A stretch of DNA of 32,000 nt from Promethearchaeota archaeon (GTDB lineage: Archaea > Asgardarchaeota > Hermodarchaeia > Hermodarchaeales > Hermodarchaeaceae): positions 1,714 to 33,713 of the forward strand of contig JBHLPH010000010.1 of assembly GCA_048939625.1 (NCBI GenBank). The letters are read 5' to 3'. A program made the translations under genes and the position numbers. The notes under the pieces are model-generated. The model did not search any database, was not told where the DNA came from, and worked only from the letters and a program-made list of their open reading frames with translations. Positions 1 to 7,144 of the stretch are shown piece after piece; the first letter of the stretch is position 1, and each line of letters opens with the position of its first letter.

Positions 1-1
1 C

Positions 2-892
2 CGTGCCGCCATTATCATCTCCTTTCTTGGTTGTTTATTTGGCGCGGTAGTGGGTATTGGCATATTACCATCTGTCCTTCTGTTTGTTATTGGATACACG
101 CTTCTTGGAACTTTGAATGTGGTGCGAAAGGGCTATCGGTGGTATAATGATTTTCCGAACTCATTTCGAGTGCTCTTAGCAGCGATTGGTGGATGGATTG
201 CCTGGTATAATCTTATTGTAGGCATAGTCTTGGTTATTCTTGGATTCGTTTTAAACGATGAATCACTTCGTCGCACGATTAGACAGTCCGGTGTCATTGT
301 GTTATCGGGTGTCGATGGTACTGGAAAAAGCACATGGACCACACGAATCTGCCACGAATTACGTAAAAAAGATTACAAATGTCACATCGAACGATTTTAC
401 AAATATCTCATCATTAGCCAAATTCGGAAACCTCCATCTACGGAGGGGCTGAGTAAGACACCGCCACGAAAACGGAGTCGGTTGTTCTTCCTACGCCCAT
501 ATCTGGCATTGGTGGATAATTTTTTGTTATATTTGACCCGTGTGTTTTTGCCAAATTGGCGAGGTGAATTTGTTGTCTGTGATCGTTTTATTTGGGACAA
601 CTATGTGAAGCACAAAGCGTTGGGTTATCGAATGCTACGCATTCTTGTTCTACTTGTGAAGCCGAAGCATGGCATTATTCTTGATGTCAGTCCTGCGGTA
701 TCCCGACAACGTACGGATCAACGTGATTTTCATTATGAGTATACCTTTGATGAGTTGAATCAAGAACGTCGAGTTTTCGCCGCCATTGGTCATCAACTGG
801 GTTATCCGGTTATCTCCACTGAACAATCCCAGTCTAAAACTTGGCAGGAAATTAAGACTGCGTTGATGAAAAGTGGAGTGCCACTTACTTAG
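2..892 (+). CDS. Membrane-anchored thymidylate-kinase-like P-loop kinase. The frame is open to the left window edge, so the 5' end may be truncated; the ORF track starts it at GTG 50.
   Basis: The N-terminal ~70 aa are hydrophobic helices (ILPSVLLFVIGYTLLG, LLAAIGGWIAWYNLIVGIVLVILGFVL). A Walker-A motif VLSGVDGTGKST follows, then a CDRFIWD (DR) motif and ILDVSPAVSRQR, which match dTMP-kinase family motifs. No in-frame stop lies between nt 2 and 50. Confidence 0.6.
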   Translation, partial: RAAIIISFLGCLFGAVVGIGILPSVLLFVIGYTLLGTLNVVRKGYRWYNDFPNSFRVLLAAIGGWIAWYNLIVGIVLVILGFVLNDESLRRTIRQSGVIVLSGVDGTGKSTWTTRICHELRKKDYKCHIERFYKYLIISQIRKPPSTEGLSKTPPRKRSRLFFLRPYLALVDNFLLYLTRVFLPNWRGEFVVCDRFIWDNYVKHKALGYRMLRILVLLVKPKHGIILDVSPAVSRQRTDQRDFHYEYTFDELNQERRVFAAIGHQLGYPVISTEQSQSKTWQEIKTALMKSGVPLT

Positions 893-1859
893 CAACCTCT
901 AGAGCATTGACCGTCTTGATTAATCCGTCGTGAAGTGAATGGCGGGGTTCAAATTGGAGGTGGGTTCTCATTCGGGTGACGTTGCCTACGCTATGGTAGA
1001 TGTCACCTGGGCGGGGCTCTTCAAAGACGAGTTCAGGGCTACAACTGGGTACGATCTGTTGTATCTCTTCGGCAAGTTCTAAGATGCTGACAGCTTTGCC
1101 ACAACCGATATTGATGGGTTCGGATGGTACATCGCTAAGAATGGCCGCACGAATGAAGGCTTCAACAGCATCTTCGACAAAGATGAAATCTCGGGTTTGG
1201 TGCCCATCATCAAAAATCACCAGGGGAAGACCCTGCCTGGCACGATGGATGAAAATGCTGACTACGCCTGCTTCGTTATCTTTAGCTTGTCGTGATCCAT
1301 AGATATTGAACAGACGTAATTGGGGGGCAACAAGACCTTTCTCTGCTGCTTTTACGCAGAGCCGCTCACCTTCCAATTTGCTTGCTCCATATGGTGAAAG
1401 TGGTTGGGTTGCAGCATCCTCTGGGATGGGCACGATTTCAGGCGTGCCATAAACTGCAGCGCTTGATGCAAACACGAACCGCTTCACTCCTGCTTTGATA
1501 GCCCCCGTGATTACATTCTGAGTTCCGGTAACATTGATGTCTGTATATTTCTGTGGATCACGCACCGATTCGGCTACCTTGGTCACGGCAGCTAAATGGA
1601 AGACAACGTCGCAGTCGTTGCAGGCTTGATCAATAGCTTTCGCATCACGAATATCGCTTTCAATCAGCGTGAACGCATCGTTGAATTCTGCATTTTCAAG
1701 GTTTTGTCGGGTGCCGGTGGTGAGGTTATCAAAACCGATGACGCGAACCTGGTTTCTGAGCAGCGCATCCACTAGGTGGCTGCCAACGAATCCTGCAGCT
1801 CCGGTGACTAATGCCGTTTGTAGGGCTAGTTTGGTCGTAGGATCCCCTCGACGCTTCAT
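885..1859 (-). CDS. NAD-dependent epimerase/dehydratase (extended SDR, UDP-sugar 4-epimerase-like)
   Basis: 324-aa ORF with the Rossmann motif VTGAAGFVGSHLV near the N-terminus and a catalytic YGASK (YxxxK). It converges on the upstream kinase-like gene with an 8-nt overlap. Confidence 0.85.
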   Translation of the reverse strand: MKRRGDPTTKLALQTALVTGAAGFVGSHLVDALLRNQVRVIGFDNLTTGTRQNLENAEFNDAFTLIESDIRDAKAIDQACNDCDVVFHLAAVTKVAESVRDPQKYTDINVTGTQNVITGAIKAGVKRFVFASSAAVYGTPEIVPIPEDAATQPLSPYGASKLEGERLCVKAAEKGLVAPQLRLFNIYGSRQAKDNEAGVVSIFIHRARQGLPLVIFDDGHQTRDFIFVEDAVEAFIRAAILSDVPSEPINIGCGKAVSILELAEEIQQIVPSCSPELVFEEPRPGDIYHSVGNVTRMRTHLQFEPRHSLHDGLIKTVNALEVAK

Positions 1860-1924
1860 CCACTCCTCTCTCTGGCTTTAACCGTTTGCCCTTGCCCGCC
1901 TCAGAGGATACAACAAGGAGCAAT

Positions 1925-1934
1925 CCTTAAAAGT
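1925..1934. promoter_or_regulatory. Putative TATA-like element (ccttaaaagt) in the divergent region between the epimerase and uS19
   Basis: This is the only A/T-rich box in the 126-nt divergent intergenic region, ~52 nt upstream of the uS19 ATG. Its reverse complement (acttttaagg) could serve the minus-strand gene. Confidence 0.3.
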
Positions 1935-1985
1935 AGGTGACTGTACCCAACAGCTGTACCCCACAACACCATTCGGGTCATCATC

Positions 1986-2390
1986 ATGGTCAAGAAATTC
2001 ACCTACCGCGGATTCGGATTAGAAGAACTCCAACGCATGCCTATGGACCAGTTCATCAACCTACTCCCCGCCCGCCAACGCCGCAGCCTCCGCCGCGGCC
2101 TCCCACCCCGTCAAAAGAAACTCCTCGAACGCCTCCGCAAAACCCGCCAAGCCATCGGCAAAGGCAAATCCCCCATGATCCGCACCCACAACCGCGACAT
2201 GATCATCCTCCCCGAAATGGTCGGCCTCACCCTCGGCATCCACAACGGCAAAGAATTCCTCCCCCTCGACATCAAAGTCGAACACATCGGCCACTACCTC
2301 GGCGAATACGCCCCCACCAACAAAGCCGTCCGCCACGGCAACCCCGGAATCGGCGCAACACGCGGAAGCCAATATGTACCTCTCAAGTAA
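1986..2390 (+). CDS. rps19: 30S ribosomal protein uS19
   Basis: The 134-aa translation ([18 protein letters not shown]...[17 protein letters not shown]...HNGKEF...[10 protein letters not shown]) is typical of archaeal/eukaryotic-type S19/S15. Third codon positions are almost exclusively C or A. Confidence 0.95.
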   Translation: MVKKFTYRGFGLEELQRMPMDQFINLLPARQRRSLRRGLPPRQKKLLERLRKTRQAIGKGKSPMIRTHNRDMIILPEMVGLTLGIHNGKEFLPLDIKVEHIGHYLGEYAPTNKAVRHGNPGIGATRGSQYVPLK

Positions 2391-2426
2391 TATATAGATT
2401 AAGTAAAATCTATATAGATATGTTTT
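2391..2426 (+). terminator. Perfect 10-bp inverted repeat (tatatagatt / aatctatata, 6-nt loop) plus a TTTT run immediately after the uS19 stop. It may be a terminator hairpin or paired TATA-like boxes.
   Basis: Positions 2391-2400 pair base for base with 2407-2416 and the loop is aagtaa. A tttt run lies at 2423-2426. The stem is 9 A:T pairs and 1 G:C pair, so it is weak as RNA. Confidence 0.4.
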
Positions 2427-2478
2427 CAAGGAATTGTGGGGTTTAAGTACCTCCTTTTAATGCGCCTATTGATGTGCT

Positions 2479-4338
2479 ATGGGAAGACAACACCTACGTC
2501 ACTTCCACCTTACTGATTTCCACACACGCGACATATATGTTCAACTTGACCCAGATTTTGGCAAAAGCTTCTTTTCAAAAATACTTGATCAAATCTCCTT
2601 GAAAACTCTCGCTGAGGAACTCGACTCCAAAATCGACCTTTTAGCTCGATACGCTGTGAACTATCGTGAGGATTTAGTGAATCCCGTTTTCATCGAACTT
2701 GGCGTTTTATTGAAGCTTATTAGTACCCACAAGAAATTTCATAGGAATTCAGATATTCTTTCAGATGTGGAAAGAAATGTTCGCGCAATTAAAGGGTACG
2801 GAAGGTCAGGGCTGCTACGAAATCCACGAATACCAATTAAAGAAGATAACCATCTTGTTCGATTGGTGGTTCATCTAATAGGAGACGGCACCTTAACAGA
2901 GGAATATGGAACAACTAAGACTCCACACTACACAAATGGAAATGCAGTGTTACTTAATCAGTTTCATAGCACTTTGGGACAGGTATTTGGAGATGTTACT
3001 TGTTGTACTCGGAAATATATTGACAGACATGGAAAATCCCGTTCATATGTTGCTTTCACAAAATGGCTCGGTTATCTTCTCCGCCATTGGTATCCAGACG
3101 CAGGATTTGATGAACTACATGGTTCTCTTCCCAGTGCATTTCTACAACTTCCTTTAGAACTAAAGCGCGAAATTGTTCAGACGTTTGGGGATGATGATGG
3201 GCATGTGGGAGCACATTCTATTCGGTTTACGTCGGGGGGTTCAACGATTCTTGAGCAGATTCGTAGTTTAATTGTGGAGTTGATGGTGGCGACGTTACCT
3301 GTGGAGGAGTTTCAGGTTCTGTTGAAGTCCGTGGGTGAGGTGAAGGCGTGTCGGAGTTGGTTTATTTTGGACGTGTATCGACCGGTGTTTGGGTGGTATG
3401 TGGAGCATATTGGGTTCTCGCATCCGGAGCGGGCTGAGAGGTTGCGGTTTCAGTTAGCTTGTGATAGCGCGTGGGTGGAACGGGGGTTGGATGGGTTTGA
3501 TTTGGATTTTCTCACCTTGATTGGGTTGCGAGAGGTTGGGTCGGTGGCGGATGTAGCGCGGCGTTTTGTGTTGCGTGAGGATTTTCTGTTTCGGGTGGTT
3601 GAGCGGTTGCGGCAGTTGGGGTGGATTCGGCGGATGACAAAGCAGAAGTTTACAACGGTGTATCAGACGACATCAAAAGGCGAGGATTTCTTAAGGCGGA
3701 TTTGGGCTCGTGGGTGGTGTGAGCCAGATCGGGTCGTGATGGATGATGCGTGGTGGTCTGAGTTGCGGGGGCAGTTGTTGGATGAGTATGGCACCGCTGC
3801 AGCAGTGGCGCGGGTGGCGGGGATGCCGGAGACGACGGTGCGGCTGTATTTGCAGGGGCGGCGGCAGTGGATGGATGCGCGATGGGTAGTGGCGTTAGCG
3901 AAGGCGGTGGGGTGGGGGGTGGATGCGGTGTCGAAGGGACTTGTCGTGGGGTTTACACGGAAGTTGGCCCCGCGGTATGAGCAATGTGATTTCTTGAAAA
4001 AGCAATTGGAAGTGTATCGGCAGTTAAGCGATGGACGCCTTGGGTTTGAGGGTTGGCTGTTGAGTCATCGACGAGATGGAGGGCGATCGGAGCAGCTGTT
4101 AGATGTGGGACATTCGGTGAAGCTGCAAACGGCGTCGGCGATCAGAAATCGAATCGTTGAATTGGCTAGAGTGAATGGGGGAACGATTGCTTTGGAAGCG
4201 TTGAAGGGTGATGCCGTGTTGCAGGAGTTAGTTGCGAATCGGTATGCGGCGTATTTGGCGGATCGGATGGCGAAGCTGATTAAGCAGGGGGTGTTTGTGC
4301 GTGTGCAGAAGGGACGGTATCAGTTGGTTGAGTTCTGA
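2479..4338 (+). CDS. Free-standing double-motif LAGLIDADG homing-endonuclease-like protein fused to multiple HTH/winged-helix modules
   Basis: 619-aa ORF. Motif 1 is LVRLVVHLIGDGTL (aa 126-139, nt 2854-2895). Motif 2 is IVQTFGDDDGHV (aa 232-243, nt 3172-3207). They lie ~100 aa apart, as in monomeric LAGLIDADG enzymes, and the acidic residues are retained. The C-terminal 370 aa contain HTH-like segments (VADVARRFVLREDFLFRVVERLRQLGWIRR; AAAVARVAGMPETTVRLYLQGRR; RNRIVELARVNGGTIALEAL...LIKQGVFVRVQKGRYQL). A long ORF on a G/T-rich strand is unlikely by chance, because stop codons are frequent in that composition. Confidence 0.7.
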   Translation: MGRQHLRHFHLTDFHTRDIYVQLDPDFGKSFFSKILDQISLKTLAEELDSKIDLLARYAVNYREDLVNPVFIELGVLLKLISTHKKFHRNSDILSDVERNVRAIKGYGRSGLLRNPRIPIKEDNHLVRLVVHLIGDGTLTEEYGTTKTPHYTNGNAVLLNQFHSTLGQVFGDVTCCTRKYIDRHGKSRSYVAFTKWLGYLLRHWYPDAGFDELHGSLPSAFLQLPLELKREIVQTFGDDDGHVGAHSIRFTSGGSTILEQIRSLIVELMVATLPVEEFQVLLKSVGEVKACRSWFILDVYRPVFGWYVEHIGFSHPERAERLRFQLACDSAWVERGLDGFDLDFLTLIGLREVGSVADVARRFVLREDFLFRVVERLRQLGWIRRMTKQKFTTVYQTTSKGEDFLRRIWARGWCEPDRVVMDDAWWSELRGQLLDEYGTAAAVARVAGMPETTVRLYLQGRRQWMDARWVVALAKAVGWGVDAVSKGLVVGFTRKLAPRYEQCDFLKKQLEVYRQLSDGRLGFEGWLLSHRRDGGRSEQLLDVGHSVKLQTASAIRNRIVELARVNGGTIALEALKGDAVLQELVANRYAAYLADRMAKLIKQGVFVRVQKGRYQLVEF

Positions 4339-4379
4339 GTTCATGGGAGTGGTGTGGGGTGAATTGGTCGAAGTGGCTG

Positions 4380-6371
4380 TTATGCTTTGAAGGTTGGGGT
4401 AGGTGAGGTTTCGTTGAACAGGATTTCACCAAGGGGGGTGAAGTCGGTGAGGTTGTGGAAGCGGAGTGTGGAGGGGGAGAGGGTATAGAGGACTTCGTTG
4501 ATGTAAAGGGAACGGGTGATGAAGTGTGATTGCCATTTGTAAATGTCATCGTGGAGGACGTCGGGATCGGCGAGGTGGGTAATTTGATGTCGGATGGTAA
4601 GGGTGGCGGTTGCGGGGTTGAGGTAGAAGATGTAGGCGCCTTGCCAGACGTAGTCGCCATGTTCAAAGGGTTCGTGGGTGTAGTTGTCGGTGTATTCTGC
4701 GAGTAGAACGGGAATGATGAGGAGCTGTTGGTCGGGATGGTAGAGGACAGCGTGATGGTCGTTGAGGGCGGGGGAGTCAGTGCCTCGTACGCCAAGAATT
4801 AACTTTGCATTTTCTTTGGGGGTGTAGGGGTCGGTGGCATTGAATAGGCTGAGTTTGAGTCCCTCATACCACCACCAGTCTTCTGCTTCAGAAACCTGGA
4901 CCTCTTTTCCGATGCCTACTAACTGGTTGTCACCCAGTGGGTGGAGGTAATTCGAGTAACCGGGAATTATCAATTCTCCTTGAAGGTGGGGTGTAGTGGG
5001 ATCAGAAAGATCAATGATAAAGAGGGGATCGGTTTTCCAGAAGGTCACTAGATAACATACGCTTTCTAGGAATCGAACAGAGTAGATGCTTTCGCCAGGG
5101 GCTAAGCCTTCGAGAAGCCCAACGGTGTCGAGTTGTGCGTTTAGAATATAGAGATTGCTATCTTGTGTCCAGGAGGTTACAAATAACATTGGTGTCGACG
5201 TGAAGTTGGCGATTCGCCGTGTTGTAGCTACGCGTAGATAGCCCTCATGTTCATCGAGGGCGAATTGGTTAATTAGTAAGCCTGGAACTTTTCCACTGGC
5301 TTCATATAATACCTGACCTTCACAGATCGCAAAGCGATGTATGGCTGTTGAATGGTGAGATATGGCGTTAGTACTGAAGTCGAAATGCGATATAGCAAGG
5401 TAGAGATTGACAAGTGATGCGTAGATCGTACAGGTGCCCGTTCCGCCCAGGAAGGTTTCACTGGTGGGAGGATTATCCGGATTGCTGATATCTTGGGCTA
5501 GAATATGATAGTAGCAGAATCTGTAATCATACGTGTACAGATCATAATAGATGGTTTCAGCTGGGATGATGTGTGTGGAGTTTCCTATTGTTATTGATGG
5601 TAGCTCGACGGTTCCATTCTCCTCGCTTATCCAGTCTTGGACGATGAGGTATAGATATTTGCCAATTAGGCGGGCACTGACATAGTAATTCTCAAGGTCG
5701 ATTCGTTGAAGTAAGGTAATGGATGAAGGTTGAGATACATCATAAACTTGAAGTGAAATTGTGTCGGGGCTCCATGGGTCTCCGTGGTGCGTGACTCGGC
5801 TAATCACGGCTAGCCTGGATGTATCCCATAAGAATAACGCAAGCGGTGTTCCCTCAGGGTAAATCCAATTGACTATGTTCGCCATAGCCACAGGGTATGC
5901 TTTAACAACTGCAACCTTCTCTTCAGTAATGGTGTAAATGTAAGTTCCGTCGGTTTTGACAATGTCGGGCTCATCAACGCCTTCAACTTGAACATTGGTG
6001 GTCGAATACCCTGATGTCCCCTGCAATCCACTAGGAGTATCTCCGGACGTAAACAAGTTGATATCTTCCAGCCACAATCCCCATCCATAGCCTTGCGGTG
6101 GGTGATGATTTTGCACATACAATGCCAATTCCGCTTGTGATCGAAAACGCTGTAGTTGAACGGGGGAATTAAGTTGAAAATCCAAATAAAGGCCTGCTAT
6201 GGCGAACCCACCGATGATCGTTGATAATAAAAGCACGACTTTTACTGGTTGGCTTCGGACTTGTCTTAACCAATTACTCCCAAATCGGGTCCTTATGTGA
6301 GGCATATACTTACCTCTTACCCTCTGGGTCATTAATCTAAACTTTAGAACAGGAAAATCCATTGTGTTCAA
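4380..6371 (-). CDS. N-terminally membrane-anchored beta-propeller domain protein (COG4880 / Beta_propel-like)
   Basis: 663-aa ORF with one TM helix (VKVVLLLSTIIGGFAIAGLYL). The hallmark stretch YSTTNVQVEGVDEPDIVKTDGTYIYTI resembles the family of secreted archaeal/bacterial beta-propeller proteins as I remember it. The start codon is uncertain (Met at codons 1, 4, 14 and 23). Confidence 0.6.
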   Translation of the reverse strand: MNTMDFPVLKFRLMTQRVRGKYMPHIRTRFGSNWLRQVRSQPVKVVLLLSTIIGGFAIAGLYLDFQLNSPVQLQRFRSQAELALYVQNHHPPQGYGWGLWLEDINLFTSGDTPSGLQGTSGYSTTNVQVEGVDEPDIVKTDGTYIYTITEEKVAVVKAYPVAMANIVNWIYPEGTPLALFLWDTSRLAVISRVTHHGDPWSPDTISLQVYDVSQPSSITLLQRIDLENYYVSARLIGKYLYLIVQDWISEENGTVELPSITIGNSTHIIPAETIYYDLYTYDYRFCYYHILAQDISNPDNPPTSETFLGGTGTCTIYASLVNLYLAISHFDFSTNAISHHSTAIHRFAICEGQVLYEASGKVPGLLINQFALDEHEGYLRVATTRRIANFTSTPMLFVTSWTQDSNLYILNAQLDTVGLLEGLAPGESIYSVRFLESVCYLVTFWKTDPLFIIDLSDPTTPHLQGELIIPGYSNYLHPLGDNQLVGIGKEVQVSEAEDWWWYEGLKLSLFNATDPYTPKENAKLILGVRGTDSPALNDHHAVLYHPDQQLLIIPVLLAEYTDNYTHEPFEHGDYVWQGAYIFYLNPATATLTIRHQITHLADPDVLHDDIYKWQSHFITRSLYINEVLYTLSPSTLRFHNLTDFTPLGEILFNETSPTPTFKA

Positions 6372-6427
6372 TGCTTTTGAACAACTTCAGACTTCTCAGA
6401 CGCTATTGATCGGCTCTGAAAGAGCTA

Positions 6428-6439
6428 CTTTTAATAAGG
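6428..6439 (+). promoter_or_regulatory. Putative TATA box (cttttaataagg) for the Trm112-like gene
   Basis: A/T-rich box ~45 nt upstream of GTG 6479, in the divergent intergenic region shared with the beta-propeller gene. Confidence 0.35.
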
Positions 6440-6478
6440 GCAGTTAGCGTAGACAGGTTGCGTGTTGAGGTGTTTATT

Positions 6479-6976
6479 GTGAAGCCGTGGTTGTTGAATA
6501 TTTTGGCGTGTCCGATTTGTAAGGAGCATCCGTTGACGACGTATGTGGTGGGTGTGAAGCGGAATCGGCTTCGGGACAAGAAGGGATTAGCCGGAGAACT
6601 GGTCATCCATTATCAGCGCGGAGTGCTGAGTGAACCGTCTTTGAAGCCGGTCTATAATTTGTCAAAGGACAAAGTCTTTGATCAGCGGCTGGCAAAGGCG
6701 CGGAAGGTGTTTGCCTCCTTTTCGAAGAAAAAGCCTGATTCCCAGGATGTGGTACCTCTCGTGGAGTACTTCCATGGCATCGAAATTGTAACGGGAGCGA
6801 TGCGGTGTGAGAAGTGTGAAAGATGGTACCCGATTGGGTCCCGCGTGGAGACGATTCCGGAGCTGTTGCCGGATGCGGGGCGAGATAGGAAGGCGGATGT
6901 GGCGTTTCTCCAGAAGCATCGTGAAGTGCTTCCGAAAGTGATTTTAACCGAGTCTAAGCCCTTCGTCTTGGAATAG
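6479..6976 (+). CDS. Trm112-like zinc-ribbon protein, long form with a central insertion and a C-terminal extension
   Basis: The N-terminal half-knuckle is MKPWLLNILACPICKE. The C-terminal half is EIVTGAMRCEKCERWYPIGSRVETIPELLPD (CPxC ... CxxC, and the (h)PI..GIP.hL motif of Trm112/DUF343). About 95 aa separate the two halves. GTG 6479 is preceded by GAGGTG at 6467-6472; the ORF track begins at TTG 6458. Confidence 0.6.
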   Translation: MKPWLLNILACPICKEHPLTTYVVGVKRNRLRDKKGLAGELVIHYQRGVLSEPSLKPVYNLSKDKVFDQRLAKARKVFASFSKKKPDSQDVVPLVEYFHGIEIVTGAMRCEKCERWYPIGSRVETIPELLPDAGRDRKADVAFLQKHREVLPKVILTESKPFVLE

Positions 6977-7004
6977 GACGACATCGAAGCCGAGACTAGC
7001 AGAA

Positions 7005-7016
7005 TTCTTATATAGG
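7005..7016 (+). promoter_or_regulatory. Putative TATA box (ttcttatatagg) that would re-start transcription of the r-protein cluster at uL22
   Basis: This is the best TATA-like box in the 168-nt spacer between the Trm112-like gene and uL22. It would imply a ~100-nt leader. Confidence 0.3.
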
Positions 7017-7144
7017 GCACATGGCATCGCTTCATCGCTCTCACGTTGTTTGGGAGTGCGGACCAGCACCGAGGGTCACATGATTCTCGTTCTTGCTGCT
7101 GCAACCTGCAAAGTGAGTGTTGTAATTCCCAGAGTGGATACCTT

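Noticed and set aside
1937-2446. A 169-aa Pro/Arg/His-rich ORF overlapping uS19 in another frame, plus the antisense 122-aa ORF at 2061-2429
   Set aside because: Both follow from the T-poor (+) and A-poor (-) composition, which removes stop codons. The products are low-complexity with no recognisable motifs, whereas the uS19 frame is clearly homologous.
2400-3185. A replication origin at the point where strand skew flips sign
   Set aside because: The low-GC segment is occupied by a continuous ORF with LAGLIDADG motifs. I saw no ORB-like or mini-ORB repeats and no adjacent orc1/cdc6 gene, and the skewed blocks are only 0.45 and 1.7 kb long. The skew itself is kept as a composition finding, not called as an origin.
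2479-4338. An intein or intron-encoded origin for the LAGLIDADG protein
   Set aside because: There are no Hint/splicing blocks (no N-terminal Cys/Ser with a C-terminal HN-Cys/Ser/Thr context) and no host extein frames on either side. The gene has its own start after an intergenic spacer.
4280-4795. A 171-aa Pro/Ser/Thr-rich minus-strand ORF that spans the convergent gene ends
   Set aside because: It lies out of frame over the beta-propeller 3' region and antisense to the LAGLIDADG gene end. It is stop-free only because of the extreme G/T (+) bias, and it has no start context or motifs.
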